A DNA stretch of 64,000 nucleotides from Spirochaetia bacterium. Lineage in GTDB: Bacteria > Spirochaetota > Spirochaetia > DSM-2461. The notes beneath the pieces are model-generated. The model had not been told where the DNA came from and made no database searches. It worked only from the letters and a program-made list of their open reading frames with translations. The position numbers and the translations under genes are program-made. The stretch lies in NCBI GenBank assembly GCA_963666985.2, contig CAXXIA010000001.1, forward strand, positions 320,001-384,000, in the 5' to 3' direction. Below, one piece after another: positions 9,079 to 18,741 of this stretch. Within the stretch, counting starts at the first letter, position 1. Each line of letters starts with the position of its first letter.

Positions 9079-9856
9079 AGAGACGATGCCGAAGTTCCTT
9101 CTCGACGTTCTTATGCAGGAACGGTTGGAACTGGTCATCGTGGATGCCGATGATGTGTTCCGTGACATGCGGCTCGTAAAGACCGATGAGGAAATACAGC
9201 GAATTCATGAAGCAACTCGGATTACCGAGAAGGCTATTCAGCGCTGTATCGACGAATTGAAAATAGGCACGACCGACAATGAAATTTTATCCCTGGCCCG
9301 CAAAACAATGCTTGATGAAGGCGCCGACGGCTGGAATCACCTCACTTTATCCATCGGCGGTTCGGATCCCGAGGCTCCGGGCATCGGCATCGCCGTGAAG
9401 AAGAACGATATTATTCGTCTCGACTTCGGAGCCGTCTATAAGAATTATTCGGCCGACGTGAACGCCGAAGTCATCATCGGCGAGGCCACGGACGAAGCGA
9501 CGGCTTTTATCGACGGACTTCTGGATTTTCAAGCGTACTTCGAAAAGCGCATCAAGCCGGGCGTGAATATGAAAAAACTCGGTGAAGAAGCCGTCGAGTG
9601 GTACAAAGAGGCTTATCCCAACGGCATAGCCTTCTGCATCGGTCACAGCATCGGCCTGGAATGTGAAGATGTTCATATGTTCGGTGCCTTCGGCGCTTTG
9701 GACATGGAATTCGAAGAAAACATGGTTCTCGAAATAGAAGCATGGGAGGACTACAACGGCTATCTGATCGGAGTGGAGGACTGTTATGTCGTTACCAAAA
9801 CCGGCTGCCGCAAGATGACCACCCTGGATAAGCACATTATTTCCATCAAGGAGTAA
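8984..9856 (+). CDS. M24 (Xaa-Pro peptidase/creatinase fold) catalytic domain, in the +1 frame relative to the upstream ORF
   Basis: RLVKTDEEI. Metal ligands present in RLDFG..Y..YSAD, IGHSIG, LEIE and GVED. No own start codon; it continues the upstream protein if one C of the C4 run at 8980-8983 is skipped. Confidence 0.85.
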   Translation, partial: ESVGIDSRASLQSALALQIKKWGLVGKRVGVEETMPKFLLDVLMQERLELVIVDADDVFRDMRLVKTDEEIQRIHEATRITEKAIQRCIDELKIGTTDNEILSLARKTMLDEGADGWNHLTLSIGGSDPEAPGIGIAVKKNDIIRLDFGAVYKNYSADVNAEVIIGEATDEATAFIDGLLDFQAYFEKRIKPGVNMKKLGEEAVEWYKEAYPNGIAFCIGHSIGLECEDVHMFGAFGALDMEFEENMVLEIEAWEDYNGYLIGVEDCYVVTKTGCRKMTTLDKHIISIKE

Positions 9857-9860
9857 ACGA

Positions 9861-10649
9861 ATGAAACCGTTAATTATTGTCGCCACGCCGAATATATGCT
9901 GGCTCAAACCCGATGTTTCGTATCCCAAGAACGCCGCCGAAATTGCCGAGGAAACCGTTCTCTGCCAAAAAGCCGGTGCTTCGGTTCTGCATATTCACGG
10001 CGAAGGCCAGTGGAAGGAAGTGCATGAAGAAGTCCGTAAAAGATGCGACATCATTATCCAGAGCGGTATGTCCAGCTTTACTCTGCAGGAGCGGATTGAA
10101 GTTTTCGAAATAAAAACCGAAATGGTTTCCATTATTTTGAATCATCATGCCGAGGCCTTCGCCGAAGTGGACTGCAATATGCTGCATACCCTCGAAGAGC
10201 TGACGGAGTACGCCGAGGCCTGCAGAAAGTATGGGGTTAAGCCCGAATTCGAAGTTTGGCATACCGGGTCCATTTGGAATCTGAACCGGCTTATCGAGAG
10301 GGGGCTGCTGGATGCTCCGTATATAACGACGTTGTTCTTCGGATGGCCGGGCGGTACGTGGTCGCCTCCCACGGTCGAAGAATACCTCTACCGCCGGAAG
10401 ATGATGCCCGAGAACTGCGCCTGCACCGTCAGCATTATGGATGAAAAGCAGATGGATATTCTTGTGGCCGCCATCATGAACGGCGACAACGTCCGAGTCG
10501 GTACCGAAGATTATCCCTACGACCGCAGCGGCAAAGTCTGCACGACGCATGAACTGGTCGCGGAAATCGCGGATATTTCGAAAAAACTCGGCCGGCCCAT
10601 CGCGACCGCCGATGAGGCCAGAAAAATTCTGGGGCTCGGAGGGAACTAA
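9861..10649 (+). CDS. Beta-keto acid cleavage enzyme (BKACE/DUF849, 3-keto-5-aminohexanoate cleavage family)
   Basis: PLIIVA, AGASVLHIH, GVKPEFE, VRVGTED, GRPIATADEARKILGL. Confidence 0.9.
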   Translation: MKPLIIVATPNICWLKPDVSYPKNAAEIAEETVLCQKAGASVLHIHGEGQWKEVHEEVRKRCDIIIQSGMSSFTLQERIEVFEIKTEMVSIILNHHAEAFAEVDCNMLHTLEELTEYAEACRKYGVKPEFEVWHTGSIWNLNRLIERGLLDAPYITTLFFGWPGGTWSPPTVEEYLYRRKMMPENCACTVSIMDEKQMDILVAAIMNGDNVRVGTEDYPYDRSGKVCTTHELVAEIADISKKLGRPIATADEARKILGLGGN

Positions 10650-10651
10650 TC

Positions 10652-11422
10652 ATGACGGAGAAAAAAGTTGCCGTCGTCACCGGCGCGGCGAGTGGAATCG
10701 GAAAGGCTTCGGCAAAGAGATTCGCCGACGAAGGATACGCGGTCGCTCTCTTTGACCGGAGCGCGGATATCGAGGGAGTCGGAAAGGAATTGCATCGGAA
10801 CGGTTCCGAGTGCCTGGCCCGCAGGGGAGATGTTTCTTCGGAAAAAGATGTCGCTTCGTTTATAGCCGATGTTGAGTCTGAATTCGGACGGATCGATGTA
10901 CTGAACAATAACGCGGGCGTTGTCGTCGTTAAGCCTTTGGAAGAGACCTCATTTGAGGACTTCAGCCGGGTGGCCAACGTGAACATCGGCGGAACCTTCC
11001 TGCTGTGCAAGTACGTGCTTCCCATCATGAAGCGCGCAAAAAAAGGCGCCATTGTAAATCTCGGTTCGGTTTCCGGACATGTGGGACAGACCGAACACGC
11101 TATTTACGGCGCCACTAAGGGGGCGGTTATCGCTTTTACCCGTGCCGTGGCCTGGGAAGTTTCCGCATATGGAATCCGCGTGAATTCCGTCAGTCCCGGT
11201 TCGGTCGATACGCCGATGCTCCGCTCGGACATCACTCTTGAATCCGAACGGACGGGAATGCCCTTTGAGGATGTAAAGAAGCTGCGCGAAGCCGAACAGG
11301 CTTTCGACCGCTGGGCCGATCCTTCGGAGATTGCCTCGGCCATCTATTTCCTGGCCGAAGACGGCGCTTCCTTCATTACCGGATCGGATCTTCTCGTCGA
11401 TTGCGGCTGGGTGGCCAAATAG
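10652..11422 (+). CDS. Short-chain dehydrogenase/reductase (SDR)
   Basis: TGAASGIG, NNAG, YGATK, VSPG, DCGW. Confidence 0.95.
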   Translation: MTEKKVAVVTGAASGIGKASAKRFADEGYAVALFDRSADIEGVGKELHRNGSECLARRGDVSSEKDVASFIADVESEFGRIDVLNNNAGVVVVKPLEETSFEDFSRVANVNIGGTFLLCKYVLPIMKRAKKGAIVNLGSVSGHVGQTEHAIYGATKGAVIAFTRAVAWEVSAYGIRVNSVSPGSVDTPMLRSDITLESERTGMPFEDVKKLREAEQAFDRWADPSEIASAIYFLAEDGASFITGSDLLVDCGWVAK

Positions 11423-11423
11423 T

Positions 11424-12155
11424 ATGACTCCCGACGCCTGTGATTTTGAAATTACCAAAAAGCAGTCCACTACCGGGATTATTACGGAAAAGCTGATAGA
11501 TCTGATCCGAAAGCGCAGTCTCGGTCCCGGTGACAAGCTGCCTCCCGAGAGGGAACTGTCGGAAATTATGGGCGTCAGCAGGCCCTCTCTCAGGGAAGCT
11601 CTTAAGTCCCTCGAGATGATGAGCATCATAACGATCAGACAGGGATCGGGCGCTTATGTGAACGATCTCGATCCCGAGAGCGTGGTGGAGCACCTGGATA
11701 TCGTTTTTAAATTGGACGATTCGCTCTATCACGATCTGTATAAAGCCAGGAGAGTTCTCGAATCCGCGATCTGCCGAATGGCGGCCGAGAACATCACCGA
11801 AGCCGAACTCGTGGAAATCGAAAGGAATATTCATATATCCGACGAAGCGGTTAACGATCCTCAAAGATTTTTGCAGCTCGATCTGGAACTTCACGATCTT
11901 ATCCTCAGAGCGTCGAAGAATCGAATACTTCCGGTTTTTATTCAGTCGATCAACAAGCTGAATCTGATTATGAGGGACAAAACGAACAGCCTTTTGGAAG
12001 TGCGTCAGGCTGCCGTCGCCGATCATCAGAGGATTCTCGGGGCGCTGAAGGAGCGGGACGGAAACGCGGCGGCACAGGCGATGGAAAACCATCTGCACAG
12101 TGTTGAGCAAGGCTTCTATAACCATCGCGATAAGGAGAACCCTGATGAGCAATAA
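11424..12155 (+). CDS. FadR/GntR-family transcriptional regulator
   Basis: PGDKLPPERELSE.MGVSRPSLREAL wHTH plus FCD domain. Start placed at ATG 11424 just after the SDR stop. Confidence 0.95.
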   Translation: MTPDACDFEITKKQSTTGIITEKLIDLIRKRSLGPGDKLPPERELSEIMGVSRPSLREALKSLEMMSIITIRQGSGAYVNDLDPESVVEHLDIVFKLDDSLYHDLYKARRVLESAICRMAAENITEAELVEIERNIHISDEAVNDPQRFLQLDLELHDLILRASKNRILPVFIQSINKLNLIMRDKTNSLLEVRQAAVADHQRILGALKERDGNAAAQAMENHLHSVEQGFYNHRDKENPDEQ

Positions 12156-13095
12156 GTATTTTGTAACCGGAGCGACCGGTTGCATCGGAGGATGGGTCGT
12201 CAAAAATCTTGTGGAATCGGGAAAAGAGGTTTCCGTTCTTTCCAGGAGCGGCGGCCTTGAAAAACTCCGATTGATTATGGATGAAAAGGATATCGCGAAA
12301 GTCGCGATTCTTAAGGCCGATCTGATTGATTACGACGCGATGAAATCGTGGATTGAGCGGCGGAAGGTTACGAAAATTATTCATCTTGCTGCGATGCAGC
12401 TGCCGTTCTGCAAAGCGGATCCCAGACTTGGCGCCAGAGTCAATGTTGAGGGGACGGTCAATATTTTCGAAGCCGCCAAAGCGTGCGGAATCACATCTCT
12501 CGTTTATTCCAGCAGTACCGCCGTATACGGCAAAACCGAGGACTATGGAGAAGAAATTCTCAGACACGATACGGAATTCCTTCCTCATTCACATTACGGA
12601 GTCTACAAAATCGCCAATGAATGGAGCGCGAAGGTTTATTATGAGTCGGACGGAATCTCCAGCATCGGAATAAGACCGTATGTGGTCTATGGCCCCCTAA
12701 GGGACCAGGGAATGACCTCAACTCCCACAACCGCGATGAAGGCGGTTCTTAAGGGAGAAAAATATCATATTTCCTACGGCGGAAGATTCGATTTCCAATA
12801 TGTGGACGATACCGCCAAAGCCTTTATACAAGCGGCCGATGTCGATTTCAGCGGCGCGGAAACATTCAACTTGGGCGGCGGCTCCGTAACGATGGACGAG
12901 GTTGTTTCGGCAATCGACAAAGCCTTGCCCGGCGCCGCCGATTTGCTTTCTTATACGGATTCACAGCTTCCGTTCCCGCCCGCCGCGGAAAACATTCAGC
13001 TTGAAAAACTCATCGGACCCATCTGCTCGACTGATTTGGAAACGGGTGTAAGGCAAAGTATGGAGATTTTTAAATCGGCTGTCGAGACCGCATAA
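12145..13095 (+). CDS. NAD-dependent epimerase/dehydratase family protein
   Basis: VTGATGCIG, IIHLAA, YSSSTAVYG, YGVYK. SD AAGGAG before ATG 12145. Confidence 0.92.
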   Translation: MSNKYFVTGATGCIGGWVVKNLVESGKEVSVLSRSGGLEKLRLIMDEKDIAKVAILKADLIDYDAMKSWIERRKVTKIIHLAAMQLPFCKADPRLGARVNVEGTVNIFEAAKACGITSLVYSSSTAVYGKTEDYGEEILRHDTEFLPHSHYGVYKIANEWSAKVYYESDGISSIGIRPYVVYGPLRDQGMTSTPTTAMKAVLKGEKYHISYGGRFDFQYVDDTAKAFIQAADVDFSGAETFNLGGGSVTMDEVVSAIDKALPGAADLLSYTDSQLPFPPAAENIQLEKLIGPICSTDLETGVRQSMEIFKSAVETA

Positions 13096-13207
13096 AAGCT
13101 CCGGAACTGCCGGCTTTCCCGAAAAGGGAATACGGAGTCATGCGGCCTGGATTCATAGAGTCGGATCAGTGCCTTTGCTGTGGAAAAGGAACCAAGAGGA
13201 GGTTTTC

Positions 13208-14188
13208 ATGAACTCTAAGATTAAGTTCGTCGTAGTTCTGGTCGCCCTCGCTTCTCTTTGTGCGTTTCAGGCATTTGCCAATGGACAGAGCGGAGCCGAC
13301 GATCAAACCGTCATCGGTATCTCAATGCAGGGAAATCAGAGCGGTTTTGTACAGTACATCACGTCCGGTATGTGGGAATGGCAGAAAGCCAATGCCCCGG
13401 ATGTTAAGCTTGAGATTGTCTTTGCCGACGATGATGCGGCGAAGCAGCTCTCTCAAGTGGAAACATTCGTCGCCAAACGCGTCGATGCCATCATTATTAA
13501 TCCCGTGGATAAGGTTCAGTGCGCCGTTGCCGTCGATACGGCATTCAATGCGGGTATTCCCGTTCTGACCGTCAACACCATCACCGAAAGTAAAAACGTC
13601 ACGGCCCATGTGGGTTCCGACGATGTGCAGTCCGGCTATCTCCAGATGAACCGCATTTTCGACGTTATCGGTGATGACGGCCGTGTGGCTTATGTTGATG
13701 CCGTTTTGGGGCATTCCGCACAGGTCGGCAGAACCGAAGGCTATATGAAGTCTTTGGCCGAGCATCCCAAAGCCACCCTTGTTGTTCATGACACCGGAAA
13801 CTGGTCGGGCGACGAATCGATGAAGCTTGTCGAGAACTGGCTTCAGTCCGGAAAAGAGTTCGATGCCATCGCCTGCATGGCCGACTGTCAGCTTATCGGT
13901 GTTGTGACCGCCGTGAAGAATGCGAACATGGCCGGGAAACTCGTTCTTGCCGGCATGGACTGCGATCCTCTCATCATGGAAAGCATCCAGGAAGGCATCG
14001 TCGACAATTCCATCTGGCAGGACGGCGTCGGTCAGGGCGCGAACGTCGTACGCTTGGCTCTTGAAGCGGTGAAAGGCAATTCGATTTCCGACTTCTATTT
14101 GCCGTACGAAGTGTGCACCGGAGAGAACATCAACCATTACTTGGAACTCGCCAAAGAGCGTGACGCTCTGGCGAAGAAGTATTTCTAA
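13208..14188 (+). CDS. Sugar ABC transporter (CUT2) substrate-binding protein
   Basis: Signal peptide ending AFANG, RbsB-like VDAIIINP and VGSDD. SD GAGGAGG before ATG 13208. Confidence 0.92.
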   Translation: MNSKIKFVVVLVALASLCAFQAFANGQSGADDQTVIGISMQGNQSGFVQYITSGMWEWQKANAPDVKLEIVFADDDAAKQLSQVETFVAKRVDAIIINPVDKVQCAVAVDTAFNAGIPVLTVNTITESKNVTAHVGSDDVQSGYLQMNRIFDVIGDDGRVAYVDAVLGHSAQVGRTEGYMKSLAEHPKATLVVHDTGNWSGDESMKLVENWLQSGKEFDAIACMADCQLIGVVTAVKNANMAGKLVLAGMDCDPLIMESIQEGIVDNSIWQDGVGQGANVVRLALEAVKGNSISDFYLPYEVCTGENINHYLELAKERDALAKKYF

Positions 14189-14214
14189 GGGAATATTCCC
14201 GAAAAAGAGCGATT

Positions 14215-14250
14215 CCCGGTACGGAGCGATCATTTCCCGCCCGTACCGGG
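14215..14250 (+). terminator. Intercistronic stem-loop after the binding-protein gene (mRNA stabiliser or attenuator)
   Basis: CCCGGTACGG...CCGTACCGGG, a perfect 10-bp stem. Confidence 0.55.
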
Positions 14251-14279
14251 ATTTCGACCTAAACGGAATGGAGTGAACT

Positions 14280-15800
14280 ATGATGCCTCGGGAAACGGTA
14301 CTGGAAATGAAGGACATCGATATGAGGTTCATGGGCGTCCATGCCCTGGACGGAGTGTCGTTTGCCCTCAATCGGGGAGAAGTCCACGCTCTGGTCGGTG
14401 AGAACGGTGCCGGGAAATCGACTCTCATGAAGGTTCTTGTCGGGCTTTATACGCCGAATGCCGGAGAAATTGTCTATAAAGGAAACACGGTTGAATTCAA
14501 GTCCGTCAGAGAAACCCGGGATGCGGGAATCTGCATGATTTTTCAAGAATTCAACCAAGTCAAACACATGACCGTCGCCGAGAATATTTTTCTTGGACGG
14601 GAACCGAAGACGAAATCCGGCTCGGTAGATTTTAAAACAATGATTTCCGAATCACGGAAGATTTTGGAAGACATGAGCATCGATATAGATCCGAAAAGCT
14701 ATATCCGTGATTTGACGGTCGCCAAGCAGCAGCTCGTGGAAATCGTCAGAGCCGTGTCTCAGAACGCGGACATCATCATTATGGATGAACCTACCTCCGC
14801 CTTAAGCAATATCGAGATTGAACATCTCATGGAGACGGTTACTTCCTTGAAGAACGAAGGGAAGTCCATCGTTTTCATTTCTCATAAGCTGGAAGAAATA
14901 TTCGGCGTATGTGACCGCGTTACGATTTTACGGGACGGGCATTTCATCCGTTCCTGCCCAATCGAGGATATTGACGAACCGGAATTGATTCGGCTGATGG
15001 TGAACAGAGAAATCTCCGAGATGTTCCCAAAACAGCCCGCTCATATCGGTGAGGTTGTCCTGGAAGTGAAAGGACTCACAATAGACGGACTTTTTAAAGA
15101 TGTCAGTTTCAGTCTGAAAAAAGGTGAAATTCTGGGAATCGCGGGTCTTATGGGTGCCGGAAGAACGGAAGTTGTCGAAGCCATCATGGGCAGCCGGGCT
15201 CTTGACGATGGGGAAATAATCCTCAAAGGCCGGAAGATTCTCAATAGAAGACCGAAGGACGCCATAAAGAGGGGAATCATTCTCGTTCCGGAGGATCGGA
15301 AGCGTCATGGTGTGATTCTGAAACTCAGCGTGAAGGACAATATTCTGATGTCCGCTTTGAAGAAATGTCTTAAAGGCGGCCGAATCAGAAAGAATCTTGA
15401 AAAGACATTCACGGATGAATACATGGAGAAGCTGCAGATAAAGGCAAGTTCCGGAAGTCAGGTCTGCGGAAATTTATCCGGTGGAAACCAGCAGAAAGTC
15501 GCCATTGCCAGAATACTCAATGCCGATCCGGATGTGATTATTCTGGACGAACCCACACGCGGTATTGATGTTAAAACGAAATCGGATATCCATCGCCTTA
15601 TGTCGCAGCTTGCCGGTCAGGGCAAGGCCGTTCTTATGATTTCGTCTGAAATGGCGGAAGTTTTGGGTATGAGCGACCGGATTGTCGTTCTTCACGAAGG
15701 TCATGTTACGGGAATCCTCGATCGAGACAAAGCGGATTCCAATGAAATCATGAAATACGCAATAGGATACACCGGAGAAGGGGAAAAGAATAATGGATGA
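14280..15800 (+). CDS. Sugar ABC transporter ATP-binding protein (RbsA/MglA-like, tandem NBDs)
   Basis: GENGAGKST, IIMDEPT, LSGGNQQKV, ILDEPTRG. Confidence 0.97.
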   Translation: MMPRETVLEMKDIDMRFMGVHALDGVSFALNRGEVHALVGENGAGKSTLMKVLVGLYTPNAGEIVYKGNTVEFKSVRETRDAGICMIFQEFNQVKHMTVAENIFLGREPKTKSGSVDFKTMISESRKILEDMSIDIDPKSYIRDLTVAKQQLVEIVRAVSQNADIIIMDEPTSALSNIEIEHLMETVTSLKNEGKSIVFISHKLEEIFGVCDRVTILRDGHFIRSCPIEDIDEPELIRLMVNREISEMFPKQPAHIGEVVLEVKGLTIDGLFKDVSFSLKKGEILGIAGLMGAGRTEVVEAIMGSRALDDGEIILKGRKILNRRPKDAIKRGIILVPEDRKRHGVILKLSVKDNILMSALKKCLKGGRIRKNLEKTFTDEYMEKLQIKASSGSQVCGNLSGGNQQKVAIARILNADPDVIILDEPTRGIDVKTKSDIHRLMSQLAGQGKAVLMISSEMAEVLGMSDRIVVLHEGHVTGILDRDKADSNEIMKYAIGYTGEGEKNNG

Positions 15801-16794
15801 AAGTATTAAGTCTCGGCGCTTATCGCTGAGCCTCCGCACTTTAAAAAGGTACAGCAGCGAATATGGAATCTTCATCGGATTCGTCTTGATTGTAATTTTC
15901 CTTTCGTTCGCCACACCGACTTTCGCGACGTATTGGAACCTTATAACCATACTCAGACAAGTGGCGAGTATCGGCATCGCCACTGTCGCCGTCGGTATGC
16001 TGATAATAATGGGATGCATCGATCTCTCGATCGGTTCCATGTTTGCTCTGTGCGGCATCACCGCGGGACTTATTATCTCAACGGGCAAGGAAGGTTTCGG
16101 ACTGCCGGTTCCTTTGGGATACGCCGTAGGGATTGCAACGGGCGTACTGTTCGGATTCCTTAACGGTATTATCATTGCCAAGGGGAAAATCCCCGCCTTC
16201 ATCGTAACAATGGCTTCCATGTGGATTGCCAGGGGACTGGCCCTTATTTTGGCGCACGGAATGCCCGTCGGGAGTTTTCCCGATGCCTTTACCTATTTGG
16301 GAACGGCTTCAATCGATAAGGCGAACATTCTTCCATGGTCCGTTATTGTTTACCTTCTTGTTGTTATCGTGATGGATTTCGTGATGAAAAAGAGGCCGTT
16401 GGGAAGATATATTTATGCGGTCGGCTCGAATGAGGACGCCGCACTGGCGGCCGGCATCAATACCCAGGCAATCAAAGTAAAGGCCTATCTTCTTGAAGGC
16501 GGATTGCTTGGATTGGCCGCGACGCTTCTTGCTTCACGGCTGAAATCGGCCGCTCCGGCATTAGGCCAGGGATACGAACTTGATGCCATTGCGGGCGCCA
16601 TCGTCGGCGGTGTAAGTTTTTCCGGAGGAATCGGGACCGTCTGGTCCATGGTGCTCGGGGCTATTATTATCGGAGTTATCAACAACGGAATGGACCTTCT
16701 GGGCGTTGAAGCGTTTTACAAGCAGATCGTCAAAGGTCTGATTATTCTTTTCGCCGTTTTGCTGGATCGTCAAAGAGCCGGTCGCGCGGAATAA
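15793..16794 (+). CDS. Sugar ABC transporter permease (RbsC-like)
   Basis: IDLSIGS, GRYIYAVGSN, YELDAIA..GG; hydrophobic. Confidence 0.95.
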   Translation: MDESIKSRRLSLSLRTLKRYSSEYGIFIGFVLIVIFLSFATPTFATYWNLITILRQVASIGIATVAVGMLIIMGCIDLSIGSMFALCGITAGLIISTGKEGFGLPVPLGYAVGIATGVLFGFLNGIIIAKGKIPAFIVTMASMWIARGLALILAHGMPVGSFPDAFTYLGTASIDKANILPWSVIVYLLVVIVMDFVMKKRPLGRYIYAVGSNEDAALAAGINTQAIKVKAYLLEGGLLGLAATLLASRLKSAAPALGQGYELDAIAGAIVGGVSFSGGIGTVWSMVLGAIIIGVINNGMDLLGVEAFYKQIVKGLIILFAVLLDRQRAGRAE

Positions 16795-16856
16795 CCACAA
16801 AAGGTTTTCCGCGGCTTGCATATCGAAGTCCTTTTATTGATTTAATCTCCGTATAC

Positions 16857-16991
16857 GTAGGGCCAAGTCGTATTGGCTCTACATTTTCATTACGGATTCC
16901 TCCGGGCCGCTCCCTTGGCCTGCTTCAGCATCCATGCTTGAAGCTTGCTCCTATTTAGTCGCAAACGGCCTCGGGCTTCGAGTCCCTAAGG
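16857..16991. repeat. tRIP/REP-like palindromic element carrying an inverted copy of the tRNA-Arg T-arm
   Basis: GTAG-type hairpin GTAGGGCCAA-GTCGTA-TTGGCTCTAC (16857-16882). Internal hairpin around GCATCCATGC. GGCTTCGAGTCCCTAAGG resembles tRNA-Arg GGTTCGAGTCCTCTAGGG in the opposite orientation. Confidence 0.5.
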
Positions 16992-17009
16992 TTCCCTATA
17001 AACAGAAAA

Positions 17010-18732
17010 GGGGCTGTCTCATAAGAGGCGGCCCTTTTTCATGTCTGGAAGAATTCCCTTCTGAATTCAAGGGTGGTAGAATTCTTCATGGACACTAAAA
17101 AGAAGGCTACATTCAAAGATTACGAAATCAGCCAACAGATGCTCCTGCCTCCAAGTCTCGATGAACTGCTTCCCGCAAACCATATATCCCGCACAATCAA
17201 CAACTTCATCGACACGATGGATACCAGTGAGCTCTTCAACGCCTATCCGGGAGGCGGTGCCAGCAGCTACCACCCGGTGATGATGCTGAAGGTTCTGGTG
17301 TTGGCCTACTCGAAACAGCTGTATTCCTGTCGTCAAATCGCAGACGCTCTTCGTGAGCAGATATGCTTCATGTGGATCAGTGGTAATAACCGTCCTGATT
17401 TCCACACGATAAACAGATTTCGTAACGGTCCATTGAAGAAGAGCATCGAGAAAATCTTTGCCTCAATGGCCAACAGCCTCATCGAGAGCGGACATGTCCA
17501 GATGGAGAACTACTTTCTCGACGGCACAAAAATCGAATCAGCAGCTAACAAATACACATGGGTATGGGGCCGGGCGACAGACAAGTTCCAGAAGCGCCTG
17601 GCCGGCAATATGGATGAGCTTTTCGAATACATCGACCGCATCAATGAAGAAGAGGATGAGAAGTACGGCGACCATGACCTTCCCCATGTGGATCCTCAAG
17701 GCAGGCCGATGTCGGAGATTCTCGAAGATGCGGTATCCAAGCTCAATGAAGAGCTGCGCAAGGATCGGGAGGAGCGAGAAAAGAAGGAGATTCAACGGAG
17801 ATTGAATACCGCTAGCAAGGACTATCTCCCTCGTGCCAAAAAGTATGAGCAGCAGAAGAGAATCCTCGGCGACCGAAATAGTTACTCGAAAACAGACTAT
17901 GATGCGACTTTCATGCGGATGAAAGAAGACTATATGAAAAATGGTCAGCTCAAGCCCGGGTACAACATCCAAATGGGTACTGAGAACCAGTTCATCCTCG
18001 GATATAGCATCCACCAGAGTCCCGGTGACTCCCTGACATTGCCGCTACATATGGAGAAACTGAAAAAGAATCTGAAACGCTATCCGAAAAGAATCATTGC
18101 TGATTCAGGATATGGTAGTGAAGAGAACTACCAGTGGTGTGAGGATCATGGTGTCGAGAAGTACATCAAGTTCAGCTACTTCCACAGGGAGCGGAAACGG
18201 AAGTTCAAGAAGCAGATTCATATGAAAGAGAACTGGGACTATCGTGCCTCTGATGATACATACCGGTGCCCCAAGGGTCGCCGATTCAAACACGAGGAGA
18301 CCAGAATCTCGAAAACAGGTTCAGGATTTCCGACCACTGAAAAAAGGTATACAGGCCCTGGATGCCAAAGGTGTTCTCTCCGAATCCGGTGCTGCAAATA
18401 CGGAGGCAAAGAGCGCATCCTGACGGTTCGTCCAAACCTGGAACGGCATAAGTCTGAAGTGCGCAAGTTGCTGACTTCAGAGGAAGGACTGAGAATGCGC
18501 TCTCTCAGGCCGATTGAAGTCGAATCTGTATTCGGAGATATCAAGACGAATATGGGATTTCGGAGATTCCGAACCAGGGGATTGAAGATGGTCAGTACTG
18601 AATGGGGACTGTTGAGTATGGCTCATAACATGAGGAAGCTACAGAAACGATAAGGGGATGGGAGGGAACCTCCCGTCTTCGGAGGTCAACCAAATTTTAA
18701 AAGGGGCTGTCTCAAACTAATGAGACAGCCCC
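17010..18732 (+). mobile_element. IS1182-family insertion sequence (about 1.72 kb)
   Basis: IRL GGGGCTGTCTCATAAG (17010-17025) and IRR CTAATGAGACAGCCCC (18717-18732) match 15/16 as inverted repeats. The symmetry extends into flanking GAAAA/TTTTC, so the exact ends are uncertain by a few bp. Confidence 0.88.
17088..18653 (+). CDS. IS1182-family DDE transposase
   Basis: DUF772-like YHPVMMLKV and PDFHTINRFR; DDE motifs LDGTKI, IADSGY, VESVFG; KPGYNIQ. ATG 17088 preferred as start. Confidence 0.95.
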   Translation: MDTKKKATFKDYEISQQMLLPPSLDELLPANHISRTINNFIDTMDTSELFNAYPGGGASSYHPVMMLKVLVLAYSKQLYSCRQIADALREQICFMWISGNNRPDFHTINRFRNGPLKKSIEKIFASMANSLIESGHVQMENYFLDGTKIESAANKYTWVWGRATDKFQKRLAGNMDELFEYIDRINEEEDEKYGDHDLPHVDPQGRPMSEILEDAVSKLNEELRKDREEREKKEIQRRLNTASKDYLPRAKKYEQQKRILGDRNSYSKTDYDATFMRMKEDYMKNGQLKPGYNIQMGTENQFILGYSIHQSPGDSLTLPLHMEKLKKNLKRYPKRIIADSGYGSEENYQWCEDHGVEKYIKFSYFHRERKRKFKKQIHMKENWDYRASDDTYRCPKGRRFKHEETRISKTGSGFPTTEKRYTGPGCQRCSLRIRCCKYGGKERILTVRPNLERHKSEVRKLLTSEEGLRMRSLRPIEVESVFGDIKTNMGFRRFRTRGLKMVSTEWGLLSMAHNMRKLQKR

Positions 18733-18741
18733 TTTTCCATT

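Noticed and set aside
16974..16991. tRNA-like TTCGAGTCC as a third tRNA or an att-site direct repeat
   Set aside because: No cloverleaf can be built. It is inverted, not direct, relative to tRNA-Arg, and no integrase is present. Kept only as a tRIP-like element.
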